In this document: in pieces, positions 9,021-18,700 of the stretch
Layout: each line of letters starts with the position of its first letter
Position numbering within the stretch: position 1 is the first letter of the stretch
NCBI GenBank assembly: GCA_963764715.1
Contig: CAVXTP010000003.1
Coordinates: 117,816-181,815 of the forward strand
Direction of reading: 5' to 3'
Source of the DNA: an uncultured Acidobacteriota bacterium
GTDB lineage: Bacteria > Acidobacteriota > Thermoanaerobaculia > UBA5066 > Gp7-AA6
DNA length: 64,000 nt
Notes under the pieces: model-generated
Databases searched by the model: none
What the model saw: only the letters and a program-made list of their open reading frames with translations
What the model was told of the DNA's origin: nothing
Position numbers and translations under genes: made by a program

Positions 9021-9881
9021 ATGTTCCAACCGACGCTTCTCGCCAACCGATCCATCGTCGTGACCGGCGGCGGGTCCGGCCTCGGCCTCGCGATGTCGAA
9101 GGCCTTCGCCGCCCACGGCGCGAAGGTGACGATCGCCGGCCGCCGCGCGGAGCGCCTGGAGGCGGCTTCGCGGGACATCGCGGCCGCGGCGCGCGAGGGC
9201 GGCGCCGTCGAGACGTTCGCCGCCGACGTGCGTCAGCCCGACGCCTGCGCGGCCCTCGTCGCCCGCGCGGCCGAACGCTTCGGATCGGTCGACGGCCTCG
9301 TGAACAACGCCGCGGGCAACTTCCTGGCCTTCTCCGAAGAGCTGACCCCGAACGGCTTCGACGCCGTCGTCCGCACCGTCCTCTACGGAACGGTGAACTG
9401 CACCCTGGCCTTCGGCAAACACCTCCTCGAGCGCCGGGCCCCGGGCGCCGTCGTCTCGATCCTCGCGACGTACGCCTGGACGGGCTCCGCGTTCGTTCTG
9501 CCGTCCGCCTGCGCGAAGGCCGGCGTCATGGCCATGACGCGCTCGCTCGCCGTCGAGTGGGGCCACGCCGGCATCCGCTTGAACGCCATCGCCCCCGGGC
9601 CGATCCCGACCGAGGGCGCGTTCTCCCGTCTCATGGCGAACCCCGCCGCCGAGAAGGCGGCGCTCGGCCGCGTGCCGCTCGGGCGTTTCGGGAAGCCCGA
9701 GGAGATCGCCAACCTCGCGACGTTCCTGATCTCGGACCTGTGTCCGTACCAGACCGGGGACGTCGTCACGATGGACGGCGGGGAGTGGATCGCGGGCGCC
9801 GGCGAGTTCTCCGACTACCGCCGCGTGCCGCGCGAGGCGCTGAAGACCGCGTTCGACGCGATGAAGCCCCGGAAGGGCTGA
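9021..9881 (+). CDS. SDR oxidoreductase, 2,4-dienoyl-CoA reductase-like
   Basis: TGGGSGLG, NNAAGNF, SACAKAGV, NAIAPGPIPT. Confidence 0.9.
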   Translation: MFQPTLLANRSIVVTGGGSGLGLAMSKAFAAHGAKVTIAGRRAERLEAASRDIAAAAREGGAVETFAADVRQPDACAALVARAAERFGSVDGLVNNAAGNFLAFSEELTPNGFDAVVRTVLYGTVNCTLAFGKHLLERRAPGAVVSILATYAWTGSAFVLPSACAKAGVMAMTRSLAVEWGHAGIRLNAIAPGPIPTEGAFSRLMANPAAEKAALGRVPLGRFGKPEEIANLATFLISDLCPYQTGDVVTMDGGEWIAGAGEFSDYRRVPREALKTAFDAMKPRKG

Positions 9882-9891
9882 GGAGAAAGCG

Positions 9892-10755
9892 ATGCGACAC
9901 CTCGTTCTGGGCGGAACCGGTACGGTCGGCAGCCTCGTCGTGCAGGGACTGCTCGCGAAGGGCGAGGCCGTGCGGGTCGTGACGCGCAGCGCCGACCACA
10001 TCCCGGCGCTCCCGAAGGGCGTCGTCGGGGTCGTGGGCGACCTCGCCGATCCCGACACCTACGAGGGGATCTTCCAGGACTACGACCACCTGTTTCTCCT
10101 GGCCGCCAACGGGCCATCGGACCTGCTGGAGGGGCTCGCCGCCGTCAACGAGGCGCGGCGAACGGGCGCCCGGCGCGTCGTCCACCTCTCGATCCACGAC
10201 GTCGAGAAGGCGCTCGAGGCGCCGCACTTCGCCTCGAAGATCGCGGTCGAGGCCGCGTTGAAGGAGAGCGGCCTCGCCTGGACGATCCTGCGGCCCAACA
10301 ATTTCTTCCAGAACGACCATTGGTGGAAGGACGTCCTGCTCCAGTACGGCGTCTATCCCCAGCCGATCGGCTCGATCGGCCTGTCGCGCGTCGACACGCG
10401 CGACATCGGCGACGCGGCCGTCCGCGCGCTGACCGAGAGCGGCCACGCCGGAAAGACCTACGCGGTCGTCGGGCCGGACGTCCTGACCGGCGAGGACTGC
10501 GCGGCGCGGTTTTCCCGGGCGCTCGGCAAGAAGATCGTCTACGGCGGCGACGACCTCGTCGCGTGGGCGAAGGCCTCGCGCGGCTTCCTTCCGGGCTGGG
10601 CGATCTACGACTACGCCCTGATGTACGCGGCGTTCCAGAAGAAGGGCCTGAAGGCGACGCCCGAGCAGCTCGGCGAGACGCGGGCGATCCTCGGACGCGC
10701 GCCGCGCAGCTACGAGGCCTTCGTCAAGGAAGCCGCCGCCGCCTGGAAGGCCTGA
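9892..10755 (+). CDS. NmrA-like NAD(P)H-binding protein
   Basis: LGGTGTVG, HFASKIAVE, ILRPNNFFQN, VDTRDIG. Confidence 0.88.
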   Translation: MRHLVLGGTGTVGSLVVQGLLAKGEAVRVVTRSADHIPALPKGVVGVVGDLADPDTYEGIFQDYDHLFLLAANGPSDLLEGLAAVNEARRTGARRVVHLSIHDVEKALEAPHFASKIAVEAALKESGLAWTILRPNNFFQNDHWWKDVLLQYGVYPQPIGSIGLSRVDTRDIGDAAVRALTESGHAGKTYAVVGPDVLTGEDCAARFSRALGKKIVYGGDDLVAWAKASRGFLPGWAIYDYALMYAAFQKKGLKATPEQLGETRAILGRAPRSYEAFVKEAAAAWKA

Positions 10756-10765
10756 AGCCCGCCGG

Positions 10766-13700
10766 CTACCGAAAGACCTCGGCGAGGAACGCCTCGAGCT
10801 CCTTCTTGTGCACGCCGGCGTTGCCGGTCGCCGGCGACGGCGAGGCGGCGCGGCCGACGTACTCGAGGCGCCGACCGGCGGGCAGAAACTCCTCGGAGCG
10901 CTCCTTCACGAAGCTCCAGGCGCCCATGTTCCGCGGCTCTTCCTGGACCCAGAGGGCGCGCCGCGCGTTCGGGTAGCCCGCGAGGGTCCCGGCGAGCCGC
11001 TCCTGCGGGAACGGATAGAGCTGCTCGACGCGCACGACCGCGGTCTGGAAGTCGCCGCGCTTCTCCTTCTCCGCGCGCAGGTCGTAGTAGACCTTTCCGC
11101 TGCAGAGGACGACCCGCTCGACGAGCCCGCGGTCGGCGACCTCCGGGTCGTCGAGGACGACGCGGAACCCGCCGGCGACGAGCGCTTCGATCGGCGAGGA
11201 GGCGGCCGGCAGGCGCAGCAGGCTCTTCGGGGTGAAGACGATCATCGGCTTGGCGAGCGGCTGGCGCATCTGGCGGCGCAGGAGGTGGAAGTACTGCGCC
11301 GGCGACGTCGCGTTGACGACCTGCAGGTTGCCGTCGGCGCAGAGCTGCAGGTAGCGCTCGATGCGGGCGCTCGAGTGCTCGGGCCCCTGGCCCTCCGAGC
11401 CGTGCGGCAGCAGCATGCCCATGCGGGAGCGCTGGTGCCACTTGTCCTCGGCCGACGCGATGAACTGGTCGACGATGACCTGGGCGCCGTTGGCGAAGTC
11501 GCCGAACTGGGCCTCCCAGAGGACGAGGGCCTCGGGCCACTCGACGCTGTAGCCGTAGTCGAAGCCGAGCACCGCGAACTCCGAGAGCGGGCTGTCGCAG
11601 GCCTCGAAGTGCGCCTGCCTGGGATCGAGCGTCGAGAGCGGCGTCCAGGGCTCCGCGGTCTGCGAGTCGACGAGGACGGCGTGCCGCTGGGAGAACGTGC
11701 CGCGGCTCGAGTCCTGCCCGCTGACGCGGATCGGGGTCCCCTCGAGGAGCAGCGTCCCGAACCCGAGGGCCTCGGCCGTACCCCAGTCGAGGGGCAGGGC
11801 TCCCTCGGCCATCTTCGCCCGGCGGGCGAGCTGCTGGACCATCTTCGGGTTCAGCCGGAAGCCCGAGGGCACGGTCGTCAGCACCCGGCCGATCCGCGCG
11901 AGCGTCTCGCGCGGGACGCCCGTCTCCATCTCGACGACGCCGAGCGCGCCGCCGTCGGGCACCGCCGGCGCCGATGCGCGCGGGCGCCGGGCCGCGTCCT
12001 TGGCCGCCGCGAGGGCCGCTTCGTACTCGGCGAGCTGGCGCGCCTCGAGCTCGCCGACCTCCGCCTCGGTCACGACGCCCGCGCGGACGAGGCGGCGCGC
12101 GTAGAGCGTCCGCACGCCGGGGTGCGCCTCGATCGCCCGGTACATCAGGGGCTGCGTGTAGGTCGGCTCGTCGCCTTCGTTGTGGCCGTGACGCCGGAAC
12201 CCGATCAGGTCGATCACGACGTCCTTGTGGAACTCCTGCCGGTAGTCGAGGGCGATCTCGAGGACCCGGTACGCCGCCTCGGGGTCGTCGGCGTTGACGT
12301 GAAAGATCGGGACCTGGTTGATCTTCGCGACGTCCGTCGAGTAGACCGAGGACCGCCCCTTCGAGGGCGGCGTCGTGAAGCCGATCTGGTTGTTGATGAC
12401 GACGTGGATCGTGCCGCCCGTGCGATAGCCCGGGAGCTGCGAGAGGTTCAGCACCTCGGCGACCATCCCCTGCCCCGCGAACGCCGCGTCGCCGTGGAGG
12501 AGGACCGGCAGGACCGGCTTCCAGGCCGCGGGGCCGTGGCCGGCCCGCCGCTCCTGCTTCGCCCGCACGACGCCCTCGACGACGGGGTCGACCGCTTCGA
12601 GGTGCGAGGGGTTCGACTCGACCTGGACGCCGACCTCGCGCCCCGACTCCGACCGCCGGACCGCGCGGGCGCCCTGGTGGTACTTCACGTCGCCCTCGTC
12701 GGCCGGGAAGTCCGGATGGACGACGCCCTCGAAGCCCGAGAAGATCCGCTCGGCCGAGTTGCCGACGACGTTGGCGAGGATGTTGAGCCGGCCGCGGTGC
12801 GACATTCCGATGACGACCTCGTCGATCTCCCGCGCGGCCGAGCCCTCGACGAGCCGGTCGAGCAGCGGAATCGCGGTCTCGCATCCCTCGACCGAGTAGC
12901 GGCGCTGGCCGAGGAACTTCGTTCCGAGGAAACGCTCGAACTCCTCGGCCGCGATCAGCTTGACGAGGAGGCTCCTGCGGACCTCGGCCGGCAGCGGCCC
13001 GGCCGCGGCGGCCGCGGCGACGCGCGCCCGGATCCAGTACTTTTCGGTGGGGCTCGAGATGTAGCGGTACTCGGTCCCGATCTTGCCGCAGTAGACGCGG
13101 CGCATCAGCGCGATGATCTCGCGCAGCGGCATCCGGTCGCCGCCCTTCAGTCCTCCCGTGTAGAACTCGCGGTCGAGGTCCCAGATCGTCAGGCCGTAGG
13201 TCTCGAGCTCGAGCTCCGGGTGGGCCGCGATCTCGCGCGAGCGCAGCGGATCGATGTCGGCGAGCAGGTGCCCGCGCACGCGGTACGCGTTGATGAGCTC
13301 GAGCACCCGGGCCTGCTTGGCGATGTCCTCGGCCGGGCCCTCGGCCGAAAACGGCGGGTTCCGGTCGATCTCCCACTTCAGGGGCCGGAACGGGATGCCG
13401 AGGTCGGCGAAGACGCCCTCGTAGAAACCGTGCTCGCCGAGCAGGAGCTCCTGGATGCGGGCCAGGAACGAGCCCGACTCGGCCCCCTGGATGATGCGGT
13501 GGTCGTACGTCGACGTGAAGGTCACGGCCTTGCTGATCGCGAGGCGCGAGAGCGTCGAAGGCGCGGACGCGGCGAACTCGGCCGGGTACTCGATCGCGCC
13601 CGTGGCGATGATCGCGCCCTGCCCCGGCATCAGCCGCGGCACCGAGGCCGTCGTCCCGAGCGTGCCGGGGTTGGTCAGCGAGATCGTCGTGCCCTCGAAG

Positions 13701-14386
13701 TCCGGGATCTGCAGCTTGCCCGAGCGGGCGCGCGCGATCAGGTCGTCCGACGCCGCCACGAAGGCGGCGAAGTCGAGCTTCTCGGCGCCCTTGACGTTCG
13801 GCACCAGGAGCGAGCGCGTGCCGTCCGCCTTCGGCACGTCGACGGCGAGGCCGAACCGGATCTCCTCGCGCCGGACGCGGGCCGGCTCGCCGCCCGACCC
13901 GTCGAACGCGTCGTTCATCACGGGGAACGTCCTGACGGCCTGGACGATCGCCCAGGAGATCAGGTGCGTGAACGAGATCTTGGAGAGCTCCATCGAGGCC
14001 CGCGCCTCGTTGATGAGGCGGCGGTTCTCGTCGAGCAGCTTGATCGGGATCTGGCGCTGCGTCGTCGCCGTCGGGACGGCGAGGCTCGCCTGCATGTTCT
14101 CGGCGATGCGCGCGGGCGCTCCCCGCAGGGGGATGCGCTCGCCGGCGAGCGGCGGTCCCGCGGCCGGGGCCGGCACCGCCGCCGGGGCCGGGCGCGCCGC
14201 CGGAGCGGGCGCCGGTGCGGCCGGCTCGGGCTCGCCGAAGCGCTCCCGGAAGTAGCGCTGCCACTCGTCGTCGACGGCCGAGGGATTCACCCGGTAGCGG
14301 TGAAAGAGCTCCTCGACGTAGCTGGCGTTGGCGCCGAACTCGGACAGCAGGTCCTCGGAGAGGTCGTTCGGGGTGCGGGTCGACAT
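10766..14386 (-). CDS. kgd: multifunctional 2-oxoglutarate dehydrogenase, E2 succinyltransferase-E1 fusion (Kgd/OdhA type)
   Basis: 1206 aa; FGAN N-terminus, E2 domain TYDHRIIQGAESG, E1 ThDP motif HGDAAFAGQG...INNQIGFTT, WEAQFGDFANGAQ, EGQGPEHSSARIER. Confidence 0.93.
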   Translation of the reverse strand: MSTRTPNDLSEDLLSEFGANASYVEELFHRYRVNPSAVDDEWQRYFRERFGEPEPAAPAPAPAARPAPAAVPAPAAGPPLAGERIPLRGAPARIAENMQASLAVPTATTQRQIPIKLLDENRRLINEARASMELSKISFTHLISWAIVQAVRTFPVMNDAFDGSGGEPARVRREEIRFGLAVDVPKADGTRSLLVPNVKGAEKLDFAAFVAASDDLIARARSGKLQIPDFEGTTISLTNPGTLGTTASVPRLMPGQGAIIATGAIEYPAEFAASAPSTLSRLAISKAVTFTSTYDHRIIQGAESGSFLARIQELLLGEHGFYEGVFADLGIPFRPLKWEIDRNPPFSAEGPAEDIAKQARVLELINAYRVRGHLLADIDPLRSREIAAHPELELETYGLTIWDLDREFYTGGLKGGDRMPLREIIALMRRVYCGKIGTEYRYISSPTEKYWIRARVAAAAAAGPLPAEVRRSLLVKLIAAEEFERFLGTKFLGQRRYSVEGCETAIPLLDRLVEGSAAREIDEVVIGMSHRGRLNILANVVGNSAERIFSGFEGVVHPDFPADEGDVKYHQGARAVRRSESGREVGVQVESNPSHLEAVDPVVEGVVRAKQERRAGHGPAAWKPVLPVLLHGDAAFAGQGMVAEVLNLSQLPGYRTGGTIHVVINNQIGFTTPPSKGRSSVYSTDVAKINQVPIFHVNADDPEAAYRVLEIALDYRQEFHKDVVIDLIGFRRHGHNEGDEPTYTQPLMYRAIEAHPGVRTLYARRLVRAGVVTEAEVGELEARQLAEYEAALAAAKDAARRPRASAPAVPDGGALGVVEMETGVPRETLARIGRVLTTVPSGFRLNPKMVQQLARRAKMAEGALPLDWGTAEALGFGTLLLEGTPIRVSGQDSSRGTFSQRHAVLVDSQTAEPWTPLSTLDPRQAHFEACDSPLSEFAVLGFDYGYSVEWPEALVLWEAQFGDFANGAQVIVDQFIASAEDKWHQRSRMGMLLPHGSEGQGPEHSSARIERYLQLCADGNLQVVNATSPAQYFHLLRRQMRQPLAKPMIVFTPKSLLRLPAASSPIEALVAGGFRVVLDDPEVADRGLVERVVLCSGKVYYDLRAEKEKRGDFQTAVVRVEQLYPFPQERLAGTLAGYPNARRALWVQEEPRNMGAWSFVKERSEEFLPAGRRLEYVGRAASPSPATGNAGVHKKELEAFLAEVFR

Positions 14387-14403
14387 GGGAGGGGGATGTT
14401 AAT

Positions 14404-14489
14404 GCAGGAGGCGGGCGGCGGGAGGCAGGGAGCCGTAAGCCGTAAGCGTAAGCAGTAAGCAGTAAGCAGTAAGCAGTAAGCAGTAAGCA
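14404..14489. repeat. heptamer tandem array (GCAGGAG-type grading into GCAGTAA x5)
   Basis: gcaggag gcgggcg gcgggag gcaggga gccgtaa gccgtaa gcgtaa (gcagtaa)5 gca. Confidence 0.9.
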
Positions 14490-14537
14490 AGGGACGAGGT
14501 TACGGGCTGATAGGATTCCGCGGCGCGGAGGGAGTCC

Positions 14538-15974
14538 TTGAAGTCATTGAAGCGTCTCGTCCTGGTTCTCGTCGTGTGTGCGATCGCCTGGCCCGCCCCG
14601 GCGGCCGACCCCGCCGTGACGCCCGCCATCCGGTCGAGCGCCGTCGGACTTCGCGACCGGATCCTCGCCGGCTCGAAGGCGACCGACTGGGTCCGCGACA
14701 TCACCGACCTCGCAGGGCCCCGGCTTTCCGGGTCCCCCGGGGACCGCGCCGCCGTCGAGCTCGCGGTCCGGATGCTCCGGGCCCAGGGGTTCCAGAACGT
14801 TCGCGCGGAGAAGGTCATGGTTCCCGCATGGCAGCGGGGCGTCGAGACCGGGGAGGTCACGGCCCCCGTCCACCAGGCGCTCGCGCTGACGGCCCTCGGC
14901 GGAAGCGTCGCCACGCCGGACGGGGGCCTCGAGGGCGAGATCGTCCGGGTGGCCTCGCTCGAGGAGCTCGCCGGCAAGCCCGCCGACGCCGTCCGGGGAC
15001 GGATCGTCTTCATCGACCAGCCGACCGCGCGCACGTCGGACGGCTCGGGCTACGGCGCGTCGGGCCACGTCCGCAGCGCCGGCCCGTCCGCCGCCGCGAA
15101 GCTCGGCGCGACCGGCCTCCTCATCCGCTCGATCGGAACCGACCACAACCGGCTTCCCCACACCGGGGGCACGCACTACGACGCGGGTGTCGCGAAGATC
15201 CCGGCCGCGGCGCTGTCCGCGCCCGACGCCGCGCTGCTTTCGCGCCTCGTCCAGCGCGGGCCCGTGCGCGTGCGCTTCACGCTCGGCTGCCGGACCCTGC
15301 CGGACGCCGAGTCGGCCAACGTCATCGGCGAGATCCCCGGCCGCGAGCGGCCGCGGGAGATCGTCCTGCTGGGGGCGCACCTCGACTCCTGGGACCTCGG
15401 CACCGGCGCGATCGACGACGCCGCGGGCTGCGGCATCGTCATCGAGGCCGCGCGGCAGATCGGCCTGATGGCGACGAAGCCGCGGCGCACGATCCGCGTC
15501 GTCCTTTTCGCCAACGAGGAGAACGGCCTCAAGGGCGGCAAGACCTACGCCGAGGACCACGCCGCGGAGCTCGCCTCGCACGTCGCGGCGATCGAGGCGG
15601 ATCTCGGCCAGGGGCCGCCGCTCGGCTTCTCGTGGAACGCCGGCCCCGCGGCGGAGGCGCCGCTGAAGGCTGCGGCCGCGCTGCTCGCCCCGATCGCCGC
15701 CGACACGCTCACGACGGCCGACAACGGCGGCGCCGACCTCATCTACCTGCTGCCCTCGGGGACGCCGAACCTCGGGCTGCTCCTCGACGCGACGGACTAC
15801 TTCGACTTTCACCACACGGCCAACGACAACTTCGACCGGATCGACCCGAAGATCATGGACCGGTCGACGGCGGCCATGGCGACGCTCGCCTACGTGCTCG
15901 CGGAGTCGGAGACGACGCTGGAGCGGATCCCGCCCGAGAAGCGCGCGCTGCCCGCGTGGGCCCGGGGCCGCTAG
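14538..15974 (+). CDS. secreted M28 metallopeptidase (carboxypeptidase Q-like) with PA domain
   Basis: Signal peptide, GPRLSGS, GAHLDSWDLGTGAIDD, ANEENGL, FHHTANDNFD. Confidence 0.9.
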   Translation: MKSLKRLVLVLVVCAIAWPAPAADPAVTPAIRSSAVGLRDRILAGSKATDWVRDITDLAGPRLSGSPGDRAAVELAVRMLRAQGFQNVRAEKVMVPAWQRGVETGEVTAPVHQALALTALGGSVATPDGGLEGEIVRVASLEELAGKPADAVRGRIVFIDQPTARTSDGSGYGASGHVRSAGPSAAAKLGATGLLIRSIGTDHNRLPHTGGTHYDAGVAKIPAAALSAPDAALLSRLVQRGPVRVRFTLGCRTLPDAESANVIGEIPGRERPREIVLLGAHLDSWDLGTGAIDDAAGCGIVIEAARQIGLMATKPRRTIRVVLFANEENGLKGGKTYAEDHAAELASHVAAIEADLGQGPPLGFSWNAGPAAEAPLKAAAALLAPIAADTLTTADNGGADLIYLLPSGTPNLGLLLDATDYFDFHHTANDNFDRIDPKIMDRSTAAMATLAYVLAESETTLERIPPEKRALPAWARGR

Positions 15975-16435
15975 GGCCCGGACGGCTTCTTCCCGGCGAC
16001 CTTCTCGCGCACGGCCTGCACCTCGGGGTGCTGGAAGCCGAGGAGCTCCGCGATCCGCCGCGCGAGCTGGTTCTCCGCCGCCGTCAGCATGCCGTCCGAA
16101 TAGACGACGCCCCAGATCACCTCGACGAGCCGGAGGCGCTCCTCGCGCGAGAAGCGCTCGGTGATCAACCGCGTGAACTGATAGAGGTCGACGCTGTCGC
16201 GGCGCTCGGCCTCCGCGAGCCGGAAGATCTCGGCGACGTCGCCCGGAGCGACTCCGAAGTCCTCGCGCACGGCGCGCAGGATCCGCTCCCGCTCGGCCTC
16301 GGCGAGGTCGTCGTCGGCGTGCGCGAGCTCGAGGAGCAGGGCGCACGCCGCGATGGCCGTTTCGTCGGGCCGGCGGCCCTCCTCCGGGGAGGACAGCTTC
16401 GAAAGGAAGTACTGACGGATTTCGTGGATCCCCAT
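15971..16435 (-). CDS. TerB family protein
   Basis: ALLLELAHAD...E, DLYQFTRLI, WGVVYSDG...E motifs. Confidence 0.85.
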   Translation of the reverse strand: MGIHEIRQYFLSKLSSPEEGRRPDETAIAACALLLELAHADDDLAEAERERILRAVREDFGVAPGDVAEIFRLAEAERRDSVDLYQFTRLITERFSREERLRLVEVIWGVVYSDGMLTAAENQLARRIAELLGFQHPEVQAVREKVAGKKPSGP

Positions 16436-16452
16436 GGTTTGCAGTGTAAAGC

Positions 16453-16478
16453 GAAACTTTTTCGGCCCGACCGGCGTA
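16453..16478 (+). promoter_or_regulatory. putative ECF-sigma promoter for the DinB-family gene
   Basis: GAAAC-N17-CGTA, about 45 bp upstream of the ATG. Confidence 0.5.
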
Positions 16479-16521
16479 TTGGGTAGTGAACCGGGGCGAC
16501 CGAACCGAACGAGGGACGACC

Positions 16522-17043
16522 ATGAAACGGCGCGATTTCGAGACTCTCCTGTTGACCCTCGAATCCACGCCGGCCCTCCTGTCCCGCGCCGCGGCCCTCC
16601 TGTCCCCGGGCCAGTCGCGGCGCCGGCCCGCCGCGGGCGGGTTCTCCTTCGTCGAGAACGTCTGGCACCTGGCGGACCTCGAGCGCGACGGCTACGGCGT
16701 GCGGATCCGGCGGATCCTCGCCGAGTCGGAGCCGGCCCTCATGAACTTCGACGGCGAGCGCATCGCGCGCGAGCGCGCCTACCAGGAGCGCGACGTCGAC
16801 CGCGGCATCGTGTGCTTCGCGCGCTCGCGCCGGCAGAACATCGAGGCCCTCGCCCGTCTCTCGCCGTCGGAGTGGAAGCGCGCCGGGGCCCAGGAAGGCG
16901 TCGGCCGCGTCACGCTCGACGACCTCCCGCGGATGATGGCCGAGCACGACCGCTCGCACGCCGCCGAGATCGCCAGACTCATCGCCGAGATCCGGGGCGA
17001 GATGCCCGACGGGCTGCACGCGTTCACGTCCGCCGTCGCCTGA
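16522..17043 (+). CDS. DinB family protein
   Basis: FSFVENVWHLADLE and EHDRSH metal ligands. Confidence 0.85.
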   Translation: MKRRDFETLLLTLESTPALLSRAAALLSPGQSRRRPAAGGFSFVENVWHLADLERDGYGVRIRRILAESEPALMNFDGERIARERAYQERDVDRGIVCFARSRRQNIEALARLSPSEWKRAGAQEGVGRVTLDDLPRMMAEHDRSHAAEIARLIAEIRGEMPDGLHAFTSAVA

Positions 17044-17059
17044 ACCCGCGTCCGCGCCC

Positions 17060-18025
17060 TCAGAAACAGTCTCCACCCTTCGACGCCCCCGCCGCGACCG
17101 GGGCACCCGACTTCCGCGCGGCGGCGATCTCGGCCCGCGCGGCCTCGAGGTCCTCGCGGAAGCGCGGCACCGCCTGGAGGCGATCGACGATCTGGCGCGC
17201 CAGCGCCTTCCCCGAGGCCGAGTCGCTCGGGAAGTGGACGCCCAGGATCTCGCGGGAGAACGCCAGCTCCGCGGCGCCGCGATGGAAGACCTCCCGCTTC
17301 TCCGGCATCAGCTCCTCGAAGACGAATGCCGCGACCCAGGAGTTGGCCGAGTGGGCGCTCGGATAGGCCGGGAAGTTCGGCGTCTCGAGCCGCTCGATTC
17401 TCGGCTCGAGCTCGTACGGCCGAGCGCGATCGAAGCGGTACTTCTGCGTCCAGATGTAGTACGACGCGTCCGACTGGACGCGCGCCATCAGGTCCGCGGT
17501 CTTCGGAAGGGTCTCGGGACCGAACCACTCGCCGAGGGCGCTGCCCGTGAAGAAGAGGTTGCGCCGCATGGGCGCGTAGTCCTCGTCGCCGGGCTGCGTA
17601 CTGACGCGGTAGTACACGCCCGCCAGCGTGTGGCTGCGCGCGACGTTCTCGGAGGTCCTCGCCGTCGCCTGGAGCTCGAGAAGGAAGTCGAGCTCCGCGC
17701 GCGTCCGGGCGGAGCTGTTGGCCGGATACTCGGGAAGCGAGAAGACGGAGGGCGGAACGTCGAGGTACGCGGGCGCGCGCCCGAGGATCTTGAAGTAACC
17801 CGGGCTCATCGAGGCGAGATCGAAGAGCTGCCGGTCGAGCGCGTCGCCGCCGGCGCGGGGCGCGGCGTCGAGTCGGGCGAGGCGCGCATAGTGCTCCGCG
17901 GAAACGGCGAGCATCTTCCCCGACCCGGACCCTCCGGGAGCGCAGGAGGCGGGTGGGCAGGATTCGGGTCGTGGCGGCGCGAGAAGACCGAGGGCGACGA
18001 AGGCGAGGGCCGTCAAAGCGTTCAT
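17060..18025 (-). CDS. secreted PAP2 / class A acid phosphatase
   Basis: Signal peptide; KYRFDRARP, YPSAH, SREILGVHFPSD. Confidence 0.88.
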   Translation of the reverse strand: MNALTALAFVALGLLAPPRPESCPPASCAPGGSGSGKMLAVSAEHYARLARLDAAPRAGGDALDRQLFDLASMSPGYFKILGRAPAYLDVPPSVFSLPEYPANSSARTRAELDFLLELQATARTSENVARSHTLAGVYYRVSTQPGDEDYAPMRRNLFFTGSALGEWFGPETLPKTADLMARVQSDASYYIWTQKYRFDRARPYELEPRIERLETPNFPAYPSAHSANSWVAAFVFEELMPEKREVFHRGAAELAFSREILGVHFPSDSASGKALARQIVDRLQAVPRFREDLEAARAEIAAARKSGAPVAAGASKGGDCF

Positions 18026-18042
18026 CGATTCCTCCGGTGAGT

Positions 18043-18112
18043 TCTAGGCCCCGGCCCCGGGAGGCGTGACCCCGGCTCCAACGTGTCACGCGCCGGCCTC
18101 CTCGCGCCTAGA
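18043..18112. promoter_or_regulatory. mirror-image pair of putative ECF promoters GTCACGC-N14-GCCTAGA
   Basis: Plus copy 18085-18112 faces the sigma gene; minus copy 18070-18043 faces the phosphatase; identical 7-mers and spacing. Confidence 0.7.
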
Positions 18113-18154
18113 CCCTGCGAGAGGGCCGTCCGGCGGCTGTTACGCTCGAGAAGA

Positions 18155-18700
18155 ATGGAGCGCCATGAGCGCGAAAGGCTTCGGTCGCAGATGGCCGATC
18201 TCGCCGACGGCAACCGGGCCGTCTTCGACGGCGTCTACGAGGCCGCCTGGCCGCTCGTCCGCGGCTTCGTCGGCCGCCACCTGCCGCCCGCCGACGCGGA
18301 CGACGCCGCGCAGGATGCGCTCCTCTCGGTCTTCGCGCGCGCGAGCGAGTTCGACCGCGAGCGCGACGCCCTCGCGTGGATCCTCGGGATCGCGGCCTGG
18401 CAGATCCGGACGGTGCGCACGCGGCGGCGGCGCCGCCGCGAGGAGCCCGTGGAGGAGGGCGCCCTGGACGCCCGCGCCGACGGCAGCGCGACGCCGGAGG
18501 AGGCCGCGGCCGAGTCGCAGCGGGGCCGCTTTCTCGACGCGGCCCTGGCCTCCCTCGGTCCGGACGACGAGGCCACCCTGCGCGCGTACATGGCGGGCAC
18601 GCCGCCGGACCTGCCGCCGGCCACCTTCCGCAAACGCGTGCAGCGCGCGATGACTCGGCTTCGCGCCTCATGGACGACGGGACATGGACCGCAGGCCTGA
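18155..18700 (+). CDS. ECF RNA polymerase sigma factor
   Basis: DADDAAQDALLSVF region 2, AWILGIA, C-terminal ATFRKRVQRAMTRLR (short region 4). Confidence 0.85.
   Translation: MERHERERLRSQMADLADGNRAVFDGVYEAAWPLVRGFVGRHLPPADADDAAQDALLSVFARASEFDRERDALAWILGIAAWQIRTVRTRRRRRREEPVEEGALDARADGSATPEEAAAESQRGRFLDAALASLGPDDEATLRAYMAGTPPDLPPATFRKRVQRAMTRLRASWTTGHGPQA

Noticed and set aside
14287-14490. ORF MLTAYCLLLTAYCL...
   Set aside because: Translation of the GCAGTAA heptamer array, not a credible protein
15971-16435. TerB as part of a tellurite or anti-phage island
   Set aside because: Solitary TerB-family gene with no other ter or defence genes nearby
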